In this document: positions 22,723 to 33,320 of the stretch, in pieces
How the letters are laid out: every line of letters starts with the position of its first letter
Position numbering within the stretch: position 1 is the stretch's first letter
Assembly: GCA_009602735.1 (NCBI GenBank)
Contig: WELA01000984.1
Span: forward strand, 87,589 to 151,588
DNA from: Mesotaenium endlicherianum
Lineage: Eukaryota
DNA: 64,000 nt
Direction of reading: 5' to 3'
Made by a program: the position numbers and the translations under genes
The notes under the pieces: model-generated
What the model was told of the DNA's origin: nothing
The model's input: the letters and a program-made list of their open reading frames with translations, nothing else
The model's database searches: none

Positions 22723-23457
22723 NNNNNNNNNNNNNNNNNNNNNNNNNNNNNNNNNNNNNNNNNNNNNNNNNNNNNNNNNNNNNNNNNNNNNNNNNNNNNN
22801 NNNNNNNNNNNNNNNNNNNNNNNNNNNNNNNNNNNNNNNNNNNNNNNNNNNNNNNNNNNNNNNNNNNNNNNNNNNNNNNNNNNNNNNNNNNNNNNNNNNN
22901 NNNNNNNNNNNNNNNNNNNNNNNNNNNNNNNNNNNNNNNNNNNNNNNNNNNNNNNNNNNNNNNNNNNNNNNNNNNNNNNNNNNNNNNNNNNNNNNNNNNN
23001 NNNNNNNNNNNNNNNNNNNNNNNNNNNNNNNNNNNNNNNNNNNNNNNNNNNNNNNNNNNNNNNNNNNNNNNNNNNNNNNNNNNNNNNNNNNNNNNNNNNN
23101 NNNNNNNNNNNNNNNNNNNNNNNNNNNNNNNNNNNNNNNNNNNNNNNNNNNNNNNNNNNNNNNNNNNNNNNNNNNNNNNNNNNNNNNNNNNNNNNNNNNN
23201 NNNNNNNNNNNNNNNNNNNNNNNNNNNNNNNNNNNNNNNNNNNNNNNNNNNNNNNNNNNNNNNNNNNNNNNNNNNNNNNNNNNNNNNNNNNNNNNNNNNN
23301 NNNNNNNNNNNNNNNNNNNNNNNNNNNNNNNNNNNNNNNNNNNNNNNNNNNNNNNNNNNNNNNNNNNNNNNNNNNNNNNNNNNNNNNNNNNNNNNNNNNN
23401 NNNNNNNNNNNNNNNNNNNNNNNNNNNNNNNNNNNNNNNNNNNNNNNNNNNNNNNNN
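22723..23457. other. Assembly gap (N run); others at 1389-1550, 2429-2463, 13005-13055
   Basis: N characters. Confidence 1.
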
Positions 23458-25211
23458 TGACTGTGAGGATGCTAGAGATAGTGAGTCGTCACTAGCTGCC
23501 CTCGTAGCAGGTATTATGGGTCCTGCTGAACTGGATTCACTATGCATGCCTGACAACCAGATGAAGGAGACCATCAGCAATATGGACGTCCAGAGAGTGC
23601 ACACTCTGGATGCTCTTGTTCCACCTGATGTCCAACAATTTTTTGCTAAGTCAGGAGAACAATGCGAAAGTCAGGAAAAGACAGTCCCCCCTATCCTACT
23701 GCGCTGCATGATTGCAGGTAGGAAGGTGAGGGCATTTGTTGACGGAGGGGCGTCACATACTTTTATCCACAAGGACTTAGTTAAGCGGCTAAGGCTGCCT
23801 ACTGTCACCCAAGGGAATAGAAAAATATTCCTTGGAGATGCCTCAAGTATCCCGGGAGGAGTTATAACCAAGCCTATTGAGGTCCAGTTAGGTTCTGGCA
23901 TTACAGTTCTAACGGAAACGCTTACATTTGAGGTACTCAACACTGGCTTTTATGATCTCGTGCTAGGCAAGTCCTGGCTTCATAGACATCAAGCTGAAGT
24001 GTGTTGGAGCAGAGGTACAGTTAAAGTGAGAGGAGCCAGTGATGGGCAGACTCACTTGGCACCCACCAGTGCTCTTCCTCTTGTCCTGTGTGGATGGCAA
24101 GTGAAGGAAAAGAAGAGGCTTCCAGAAGGATGCAAGTTGCTGAATGCAATGGAGTTTGTCAAAAGATGGAACCAGAATGAGGACAGAATGTTTTGTCTGC
24201 TGCTAAGAGAGGTACCTCCTCAACCTGAAGAAGTGGTTGAGAAAAAGGTAAACCCTCCGGAGCACCCTACTCTGCAAAAATTGTTGCTCGGTACACTAAT
24301 GTATTTAATATGCCTCCAGGACTACCCCCTATGAGGGAAGTAGATCATAGGATTGATCTATTACCTGGGAGTCAGCCACCTTGGCAACGCACTTATGGCT
24401 TGTCTTATATGGAGAGCGAGGATTTGAAAACACAGATTGCAGAGCTTGAGGAAAATGGTTACATTTCTCGCAGTTAATCACCTTACGGCGCACCCATCCT
24501 ATTTGTTAAGAAAAAGGATGGCAGTATGCGGATGTGTGTGGATTACAGAGCCCTGAACAGAATTACAGTAAAGAACAAGTATGCTTTACCCAGAATCGAG
24601 GACTTGCTTGATACCCTGTCTGGTGCTAAGGTGTTCAGTAAGATAGATCTCAAGAGTGGTTATCATCAAATCAGAATTGCTGAGGGGGATGAACACAAGA
24701 CTGCCTTCCGTACACGTTATGGACACTATGAGTTCAACGTGATGCCATTTGGACTGACTAATGCTCCTGCTACCTTCATGGGTGCTATGAATGACATTTT
24801 CAGACCTTATTTGGATAAGTTTGTGCAAGTTTTCCTGGATGATATTTTAATTTTCTCTAAAGATGAAGCTCAGCACACTAAACACTTAAAGAAAGTCCTG
24901 GTTACTCTGCGGAAAAATCACTTGTATGCTAAAATGAGCAAGTGTGATTTCTTTAAGGAAAGTATTGAATTCTTAGGCCACGTTGTCGGTAAAGAGGGCA
25001 TCAGTGTGGATCCTAAGAAAGTCCAGACCATAAGGGACTGGCCAGTACCACAGTCGGTCTCTGAAGTTAGATCCTTCCTCGGGTTGGCTAACTACTATAG
25101 GAGATGTATTGAGAATTATTCCACAAAGGCCAGTAAACTGACTGACCTTACTAAGAAAGACATCGGGTATGTGTGGGGGGAAGAGCAGCAGGCTGCCTTC
25201 CAGACCCTTAA
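23458..25211 (+). pseudogene. Chromovirus 1 pol part 1: aspartic protease and RT
   Basis: [47 protein letters not shown]; frameshift ~24.29 kb and stop ~24475. Confidence 0.92.
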
Positions 25212-28200
25212 CACTAGGTATCCCATCGGACCATATATGGTCCTCCGACCATATATGGTCTAGCTAACCCCCATTTTTCAGCGCTGACCTCCAGGGTGCT
25301 ACAGTTGACCAAATGGTACAATCTATGGCTCAAACGAACCGTACAGACTTGAACCTTAGGCGAAAAAATGCAAAATGGTCTTCCGATCATTAACGACAAA
25401 GTTAGAGTCAAAAGAGTGAGGTTCAAAGTTCAGGTTCACAACGAAATTTCAAGTGAAAAGTCTGTCATACCCGAGGTCACTAAAAAGCTCTTAGAGCCAT
25501 GGCTTCTTCTTCAAATGCGCCAAAAATTGTTGTGGGTGGTAAATTACTCATCCCTGCCACCTTCTGGGGAGATGCATGGGCGGAAAAGACATTTGGACAG
25601 TATTATATAGAGTTTTTCTTAGTCGGAATTGTGAGAAAAGAGGTTGTGAGGACTAAAAAGGAGAACTCGTGGCTCATAGAAGTGTTGTATGACAAAGAAA
25701 AGAAGCAATGGGAGGCATGGCAGGTCAGGCAGTACCTATCTACTGTGCCTGAAGAGTCCTGGTTTTATTCCGAGCCGCATGTAGTTCGTTTTGGCTCGGT
25801 TTCCTCAGGGGCCTCTTTACTTGCAAATTCTAGGGAGGCTGGCAGTCAAGGTCTGATTTCTTCCTCCCAAGACCCGAACGATGACTCCCAGCCAAGGTCT
25901 AATGATGCTGATGAGGAGGAGGAGGAGGAGGAGGAGGAGGAGGAGGAGGAGGACGAGGATACTATGAGGAAGAAGGGCAGGCCTGACACCGGAAAGGGTA
26001 AGCAGGTGCTGCTTATTGTTCCTATAGATAGAAATGAGAAAAGGGAGAGGAGGAGGAAGGCCAAACTAAGTCAAAAGAAGAGGAATAGCAGCAGGTATAA
26101 AAAGGTTGCAGGTGTCAGTGATGAGGAGCTGCATTCCTCTGATGGTGAGCTGGAAGAAGAAGGAGATCCCCTGGAGGAGGAGCACCTTCGGGAAGGTACA
26201 GCTGAGGAGGAATACAACTGGAGACCTCCAGTTCATGGTGAGAAGTATCCATGGAGGCAGCAGCCAGGTGGCTCTTCAACCTCTGGACTGAGAGGTGTCA
26301 ATTCTAAGACATTTCTGAAGTACACTCCCTTTGCTGTGCTGTGCCTGTTCATAGGCATAGATTGGTTTGAACTGCTTGTCAATGAGACAAATGCATATGC
26401 AAACTTGAACAAGGCCAAAGATTGGAAGCCGGTTACTCTCACTGAGATGGTTGTTTGGCATGGTCTTTACCTTGCCATGGCCCTGAACCCTCTGCCTAGA
26501 ATACCTTATTATTGGAGGTCTGATACAAGTGGACCTATCAGGTTTCCTTCCTTTGGAACCTTCATGTCCAGGAACAGGTGGCAGGAGATAAAAAGATATT
26601 TTCACCTCAAGTCAAACTTGGGTAGGGAGTGCTTTCCTAAGACCTCTGGGACCTACAAGCTGTGGCAGTGTCTGCCTATCATAGATAGGTTGAGGCACAA
26701 GTTCAAAGCCCACTACAATCCTGGGCATGACATAACAATAGACGAGAGGTTGATCCCCCTTAGAAATAGAAGTTGCCCTGTGAGAGTGTACATGCCAAAG
26801 AAGCCACATAAGTTTGGTATAGAGTTGTTTGTGGCCTGTGATAGTACAAGTTACTACTGCTATGACTTCACAGTGTTTGATAAAGAGCCTGGCAGGTCAC
26901 AGGTTGCTACTGTTTTAGATTTGATTGAGGGTCTGCCAGACAAACAGACTTACTCTTTTGTCCTGGAGAGAGGCTTCACATCGCCGACACTCTTGAAAGT
27001 CCTAGCTGAGAGAGGTCATGTAGCAACTGGCACAGTTATGCCAAATAGAAAAGACATGCCTAAGACCCCAGATGGTAAAGGAAGTGCCTTGGTATTGCCC
27101 ATCCCAAGAGGTCAGAAAAAACCAACTCAGGGAGACTATATGGCTCTTGTGTGTGATTACCCGGGGCAAATTGCTATGGTCTGGCAAGGCAAGATGCTAG
27201 TGCACTTTCTGTCCACAGCTGCTGGTCTTGAGGTGAATGAAGTTAAGAGGAGGCAGAGTGATGGGAGTTTGAAGACCATAAGTGCTCCAGACATTGTGGT
27301 GCACTACAACAAACACAAAGATGCTGTCGATCAATTTGACAAACTCTGTCTGAGAGATAACTATTCTGTCGAGAGTGCTGCTGTCAGCTTCAAGTGGTGG
27401 CATAAACTATATTGGGGTCTGTTTGATGCTGCCCTGGCCAATGCCTACATCCTGTACAACCTGGCCCATCCTGAGAGTGATAGGTATCCCTTCATGTTAG
27501 ATGTTGACGCGGAGATGACAGACTTTCATGATCCACATGAGGGGAGGCGCTTTCGCTGGAGTGCGGGGCGCGCTGGAATGGACAGGTTCCTAGGGAGACA
27601 CTTTTTTGAGCACGTTCCAGGAGGCTCTAGACCAGGGTGTGTAGTGTGCAGGAGCAAGCTGTATGACCTAGGCCATGAGAAGAGTAAGGTGAGGCCTAGC
27701 TATTGGTGCGCGACGTGTGGAGTAGCGCTTTGCCCCGCGCCTTGCTTTGAGGAGTACCATACCAACAGGCACATAGCACATGTAGATAGTGGCCCCTACA
27801 AGCTGAGTAGCACTAACAAGTAGGACTGTAGAGCAGAGGACCTGCAACAAAAACATATATGAAAGACATTGTGCTCCATAAACAGTTCAGTTTCATGTGT
27901 GCAAAGCTGTCGATTCTGCAATATTTTGCAATTAATAATTCATTTTTAATCATTTTAATTCATTATTTTGTATATGAATATTTTTTTGTGAGTAAAGTAA
28001 GACCTTACTTTCAAGCTCCACTTTACAGATTATTATTTGCATGTGTAAAGAATAAATTATGAATTATTAACTGTGATGCTTTGTTGCATGAGGCATTAAA
28101 AAGTACGAAAAATACCCGGACCCCATATGGTCCACTAAGTACAGAGTGTGCCTGCACAAAGCTACTGATTAGAATGAAGTGAAGTCTGTTTCATATGATA

Positions 28201-28501
28201 GGTAAGACACATTCCTACCCCAGATTAAATCAACAACTACTGGTTCAAATACAAACTCATAGTGTGTGAAGTCAAAGTTGGCCCTATTTGCTCGTTTCTT
28301 GTTATCGTACACACTTTATACGGAAAGTACACCTTATCTTTCCGAAAATTGCGGGCCACATGGCCAGTGCAATACCTTCTGATGTAAGCTCTCTAATGGT
28401 CTATCACACATAGTCGTAGCTTCAGTGGTTATTTCAATATAGTGTGACTTAGGGGGTGCATTATTGGACCATATATGGTCTTTTCCTTGGGAGACCTAGT
28501 G
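25212..28501 (+). mobile_element. piggyBac DNA transposon inserted at TTAA in chromovirus 1 pol
   Basis: TTAA at 25208-25211 and 28502-28505; TIR CACTAGGTATCCCA / TGGGAGACCTAGTG (1 mismatch in 14); removal restores pol QTL|KDALCSAPVL. Confidence 0.95.
25499..27823 (+). CDS. piggyBac (PGBD/DDE_Tnp_1_7-type) transposase, 774 aa
   Basis: MSRNRWQEIKRYFH; ITIDE; YMPKKPHKFGI; LERGFTS; GTVMPNR; YNKHKDAVDQFD; KWWHKL; C-terminal Cys-rich domain CVVC..CATCGVALC..CFEEYH. Confidence 0.93.
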   Translation: MASSSNAPKIVVGGKLLIPATFWGDAWAEKTFGQYYIEFFLVGIVRKEVVRTKKENSWLIEVLYDKEKKQWEAWQVRQYLSTVPEESWFYSEPHVVRFGSVSSGASLLANSREAGSQGLISSSQDPNDDSQPRSNDADEEEEEEEEEEEEEDEDTMRKKGRPDTGKGKQVLLIVPIDRNEKRERRRKAKLSQKKRNSSRYKKVAGVSDEELHSSDGELEEEGDPLEEEHLREGTAEEEYNWRPPVHGEKYPWRQQPGGSSTSGLRGVNSKTFLKYTPFAVLCLFIGIDWFELLVNETNAYANLNKAKDWKPVTLTEMVVWHGLYLAMALNPLPRIPYYWRSDTSGPIRFPSFGTFMSRNRWQEIKRYFHLKSNLGRECFPKTSGTYKLWQCLPIIDRLRHKFKAHYNPGHDITIDERLIPLRNRSCPVRVYMPKKPHKFGIELFVACDSTSYYCYDFTVFDKEPGRSQVATVLDLIEGLPDKQTYSFVLERGFTSPTLLKVLAERGHVATGTVMPNRKDMPKTPDGKGSALVLPIPRGQKKPTQGDYMALVCDYPGQIAMVWQGKMLVHFLSTAAGLEVNEVKRRQSDGSLKTISAPDIVVHYNKHKDAVDQFDKLCLRDNYSVESAAVSFKWWHKLYWGLFDAALANAYILYNLAHPESDRYPFMLDVDAEMTDFHDPHEGRRFRWSAGRAGMDRFLGRHFFEHVPGGSRPGCVVCRSKLYDLGHEKSKVRPSYWCATCGVALCPAPCFEEYHTNRHIAHVDSGPYKLSSTNK

Positions 28502-30525
28502 TTAAAGATGCCCTTTGTTCTGCCCCAGTGCTAGCCGTGTATGACCCCAGCAAACCGGTGCAGGTGGTTACTGATGCCTCTGACTTTGCCATGGGTGCTA
28601 TTTTGTTGCAGCCTGCTGACAAAACCACAAAGGATGGTAAGGTACGGCAGGAGTGGCATCCTGTGTTGTATGAGTCTATGAAATTTAATCCAGCGGAGAT
28701 TAATTACTCAGTGCATGATAAAGAGCTGCTAGCTATCATTCATGTACTCAAACAGTGGAGAGCATACTTACATGGTAAAGCTTTTAAGGTGATTACAGAT
28801 CATCTAGCTCTGACCCACTTTCAGAAGAAGTCCAAGCTGTCGAGGAGGGAGAACCGCTGGAGCCAGATGCTGGAGCAGTTCCAAGTCCAGATCGACTACA
28901 AACCAGGGAAGTTGAATCCTGCTGATGCACTCTCTAGAAGACCTGACTTGCAAGAAAGGAACTTTAGTCAGCATGCTGTAGATAAAGTCCTGTGTGCACT
29001 CACTTCACTAAAGGTGAAAAAGTCCTTCCTTGAACAACTTAGGAAAGCCTACCTTTCTGACCCAACATTTGAGCCCAGCCCCACTACTGGTGTGTGTCGT
29101 GCTACTGCACTCGGGTATAAGCTCAAGGGAGGGGTCTGGGTGACTGAAACCACTTCAGGCAGGCTGAAGCTGGTCATTCCTAATAATTTGGAAATAAGGT
29201 CTCTCTTACTGAGTCAAGCGCATGACAGTCTCCTGGGTGGACATTTGGGGCAGGCCAAAACTGTTGGCAAACTGGCAAAACATTATCATTGCAAGGGGTT
29301 ACCCCGGGAGGTCTTGAAACATGTCAAGTCCTGTGACCAGTGTCAGAGAAATAAGTCTTGGCACACACCACCCGGAGGTCTCTTGCAACCGCTGCCCATC
29401 CCAACGGGACGCTGGGTAACTATATCCATGGACTGGGTGGTCTCACTACCAAGAACTGCCAATGGGCATGATTCAATACTGGTAGTCGTGGATAAACTGA
29501 CAAAAATGGTCATTTTTATCCCCACAATTGTCAAAGTGACTGCACTCGAAACAGCGAGACAGTTTTACAACCATCTAGTATGCCAACGTGGGCTCCCTTC
29601 TAATATCATCTCAGACAGAGACTCAAAATTTACCTCTAAGTTTTGGAGAGCTTTAATGGGGTTAATGGGAGTCAAACAGCTGCTCAGCACAACAAACCAT
29701 CCTCAGACTGATGGGCAGATTGAAAGAACTAACCGAGTTCTGCAGGAGGTGCTGAGAGCATATATTAACCAAAAACAAGATAATTGGGATGACCTGTTGC
29801 CTCAAATTCAGTTTGCGGTCAACAGTGCGGTGCACGCGTCAACGGGCAAAACTCCTTTTGAACTCAGCCTGGGTAGAGTCCCTAAGTCTCCTCTAGATGT
29901 GCTAGGGGAATCTTTAACTCACCCTGAAGGGATTGACAACCCGGTCTCCCTCCAGTTAACTCAGGAGTTTGCTGACACCCTGTCAGAAGTCCAACGAAAC
30001 TTGCACAAGGCCCAAGAAAACCAACAAAAATACGCTAATCAACACCGTCGGGAACTGACATTTTCCAAGGGGGATTTAGTCAAACTGCATTCTCAGCACC
30101 TGTACCTCCCTGGTGTGGTCAAGAAAAAGCTTGGCCCTGTCTGGGTCGGTCCATATTCGGTGGTCCGTCGTGTCGGTCAGAATGCTTACAAACTGAACAT
30201 GTCAGCTGACTACAAGGGTCACCCGGTCTTTAATGTCTCCTTCCTGGAACCATACATCAAAGGTGATACACTGTTCACAGGTCGGTTACCTGTCCAACCG
30301 GGACCGGTCCCCGCTGTCCGGGACGGCGACCCTGAGGAATATGAGGTCGATGAGATTTTAGACGCTCGCTCGGTCCGTCGATCGTCTAAATATGTCATGA
30401 AGTACCTCATCCGATGGAAGGGTTACGATGCCTCTGGGGACACTTGGGAATTTAAAGACCAGCTGACCAATGCCAAAGGGGCGTTGAAACGGTTCCACCT
30501 TCGGGCGGCTGGGGCACCTCCCTAA
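28502..30525 (+). CDS. Chromovirus 1 pol part 2: RNase H, integrase, chromodomain
   Basis: VTDASDFAMGA; HDKELLAII; H-H-C-C zinc finger; SMDWV, ISDRD, GQIERTN; GPY; YEVDEILD...YLIRWKGY...TWE. Confidence 0.95.
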
Positions 30526-30849
30526 CAGTCATTTCCGTTGACACGGGAAGGTGACAGGAGGTCCTGTCTCCATATAAGTTGGAGGGAGATGTGACAGTTA
30601 GTGACAGTTGTGACAGGCAGCCCACCTTTAAATTTAAGTTGGAGGGAGTGGTAGTCTCTGATCACCATATTACCCACTCAACCTGCGCTCACACTCACTT
30701 GCTCTCCAACTCAATTTTTCCTTATATTCGCTCACACCAGGTATTCCACTCTAGGAACTCTCCCGATCGCGTCCCTCTTCATCAAGGGCACTCAGTAGCG
30801 GCAAAATATCATGACTTCACTAACTGCATTGTGTTTATGATTGAGCAGG

Positions 30850-32514
30850 ATGACTCAAAAGTCGGAACTCAAGAGGAAGAGAAGGGCGGAAGAGGCACAT
30901 GCAGAATACTTGCAGTTCCGTGGAGACATCGAATCATCTTCCATCTCCGCTCGGGAATCACAACGACTCCAACAACAGCGGGAGGCACAGAAGAAGAAGG
31001 AGGAGGAACAGGCCAGACTGAGGCAGGAACCAATGGACACAAAAGCTGCAAAGGAGGCCAAGAAGGCAGAGGAGGAGAGGCAAGCCGAGGAGAAGCGGAA
31101 GCAGCAGGCTGAAGAAGAAGAACAGAGGAGAATCAGCAGCTACCGCTACACGGTGCTGGGCAAGGGCTTTGATCTACTGGAGGAGGCCTTCAAGTATGCC
31201 CAGAGAAGTTGCAGTGAGTCGCAGAAGGAAATCCTCCTGAAGGAAGGGGAGACATTCGAAAACTTTGACAAGTATATAGAGGTCGGCACAGGGCTCCTCC
31301 TCTACCACGATTACGCCAGGATGGTAGGATATACCATCGGAGAGGCCAAGGCAATGGCCCAGGTGAACGAAGCAGGAGCTGTCTCGATTCCTGGTATCTG
31401 GGGGGCAGATAGGGTCATCAGGATGATCCCCATGGACGCGGACAGCTTCAAGGACTCAACACCCCACAACAGGTTCAAGGCCATGTACAATGAGGTGGAG
31501 AGGAGGAGCTGGGAATTCTTGGCCAGAGAAACCAGTCAGCTGGACTTTGCAGGGCACTGGTACCCTTGTACTCTCAAAAAGACAGACGCTGCCTTCTTCC
31601 AAAAGCCCACTGATTGGCGGTGGATGACCATCAACATGAGGGACCAGCAGAATGACAGGGCGACGGATGAGGATTTCCTGACAGACCTAAAGGGGAACAT
31701 AGTATTGCCCCCTCACATTGCGGCTTGGGACCCAAGATTGGATGGAGTCAGAGACTGCATGAGCCAAGAGATGCAGGGGGACAGAAGCAGGGCCCGAGAG
31801 TCATTCTCCAAAGGGAAGCACGCTTATGCCAAATGGGCAAGTAAGCAGGGGGAAAAGGACCTCTATGCGGTCCGGACTCAGCAGCCCCCACCAGCACCCA
31901 AAAGGGGAAGGTCAGTAGGAGATTCTTTTTCTCGGGAAGAGCTGGGGCAGCGGACAGAGGAGACCCCAGAAGTCTCAGAGGAACCCGGGGACGGCGAGGA
32001 GTCGGAGTCGGAGGAAGACGAGGAGGAAGACGAGGAGGAGGACACTAGCCCCGCCGTGATCCTGACACCTGCCACATCCCCTGTAAGGGAGAAGACGGGG
32101 TGGGCCCCGTCGCAACTCGCTCAAGAGGAGGATATCACTTGGTTGGGAACTGCCAGAGGACAGAGCCCATCTCCAGGCAAGGAGACCCAGTCGGACAGGG
32201 CAGACAGGAGGGCTGCTCAGGAGATAGCCAGAGGCCTGCCAGCATCTCCCTCGCAGAGAGGGCATGTACCCTTGGCTCATGTCATGCAACATTCTTCCGG
32301 GATGCCGGTATACGTACCTGTCAGTTTGAGGGCTGCCCAGGAGAAGGCTGCCTCCCTTCAGTTTCAGACTGTGCAGGAGGAAACAGCCCAGTTACTGCGT
32401 TCTCCGCCGGGTCCTTACACGGAACCCCCTTCTCTGACAGGCTTCAAAAGACCCCAAGACAGGAGGAGGTCTGGCTCCCCTGAGCATAGGGCCTCAGGGA
32501 CATCTCCCTCCTAA
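30850..32514 (+). CDS. Extra 3' ORF of chromovirus 1, unknown function (~555 aa from ATG 30850)
   Basis: Uninterrupted ORF between the pol stop and the 3' PPT/LTR; coiled-coil N-terminus, aromatic-rich middle, acidic and Ser/Pro-rich tail. Confidence 0.75.
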   Translation: MTQKSELKRKRRAEEAHAEYLQFRGDIESSSISARESQRLQQQREAQKKKEEEQARLRQEPMDTKAAKEAKKAEEERQAEEKRKQQAEEEEQRRISSYRYTVLGKGFDLLEEAFKYAQRSCSESQKEILLKEGETFENFDKYIEVGTGLLLYHDYARMVGYTIGEAKAMAQVNEAGAVSIPGIWGADRVIRMIPMDADSFKDSTPHNRFKAMYNEVERRSWEFLARETSQLDFAGHWYPCTLKKTDAAFFQKPTDWRWMTINMRDQQNDRATDEDFLTDLKGNIVLPPHIAAWDPRLDGVRDCMSQEMQGDRSRARESFSKGKHAYAKWASKQGEKDLYAVRTQQPPPAPKRGRSVGDSFSREELGQRTEETPEVSEEPGDGEESESEEDEEEDEEEDTSPAVILTPATSPVREKTGWAPSQLAQEEDITWLGTARGQSPSPGKETQSDRADRRAAQEIARGLPASPSQRGHVPLAHVMQHSSGMPVYVPVSLRAAQEKAASLQFQTVQEETAQLLRSPPGPYTEPPSLTGFKRPQDRRRSGSPEHRASGTSPS

Positions 32515-32585
32515 GGGCAGCAGGCTGGGGATAAGAGGGACAGCACGCTGTTATTAGTGATAGTGTTGTCGAGGCGACAACATGA

Positions 32586-32599
32586 TAAGTTGGAGGGAT
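32586..32599 (+). promoter_or_regulatory. Polypurine-tract-like sequence of chromovirus 1
   Basis: TAAGTTGGAGGGAT directly before the 3' LTR TG. Confidence 0.8.
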
Positions 32600-33320
32600 T
32601 GTAATGAATCAGTATACTGGTTGATATAATATTCATTTAAATAATATAGTTAAATAAGTTCAGCCTGCTGAACTCTAGTTAACAATCAGTCTGCTGGACT
32701 TTATACTTAATATCAGTTTAATGACTTGGCCGGAAGTAGCAGGCTGAGGTCACCTTAAGTCAGCTTGCTGACACATTCTTTGACAGCCAGCTGACTTCCG
32801 TACTCGGTAGCAGCGAACTGCCTCGATATGCATCTAAGTGTGGTATGCTAGATGAATGGCCAGATGACATCCCTATGATGGATGGCGATTCGGGATGATG
32901 GGAGATGGCGGTGGATTTGGTTAACCGAGGTCCTACCAACGTGGTTAACTCCCGGGTAGGCGGTGCCATCGCACTGGCCGTTGAACAGTAAAATCATTCC
33001 ATGTACATATGCTAGGCATTGCTCTCGAGTTCGGCATTCGGAAACGAGGCCAACTCTCTTGTACAGCTTACTGAGAGAGATCTGAATCCAAGGCGAGAAG
33101 CCATTGATACGCACTGTCTTCTAACCTTGCTTATGTATGAGTTTACTGATTTGCATTATTGATGCTAGTTTACTCTCATTTGACTGACGAGTATTATTCA
33201 CTGCTAGTGTGTTGTCCTTTGCCGTCAAAACAGTTAACGGAAAATACCATAAAGATTACTTGCTGATATAAAGATCTTTATTAATTGTTAATTGCCTATT
33301 TGGTAAATCGATTCATTTCA
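32600..33320 (+). repeat. Chromovirus 1 3' LTR
   Basis: Copy of 21502-22222 followed by TSD GTGCC. Confidence 0.97.

Larger units (their letters stand above)
21502..33320 (+). mobile_element. Chromovirus 1: full-length chromodomain Ty3/Gypsy LTR retrotransposon, 5-bp TSD GTGCC
   Basis: Two 721-bp TG...CA LTRs; GTGCC at 21497-21501 and 33321-33325; PBS, gag, PR, RT, RH, INT, chromodomain, extra ORF and PPT. Confidence 0.97.

Noticed and set aside
22696..23604. Long ORFs spanning the N run
   Set aside because: Artefacts of the assembly gap.
28456..28501. Start of the 689-aa ORF as a real N-terminus
   Set aside because: These codons belong to the piggyBac right end; pol resumes at the TTAA.
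30850..32514. env gene
   Set aside because: No signal peptide or transmembrane segment visible; the protein is highly charged.
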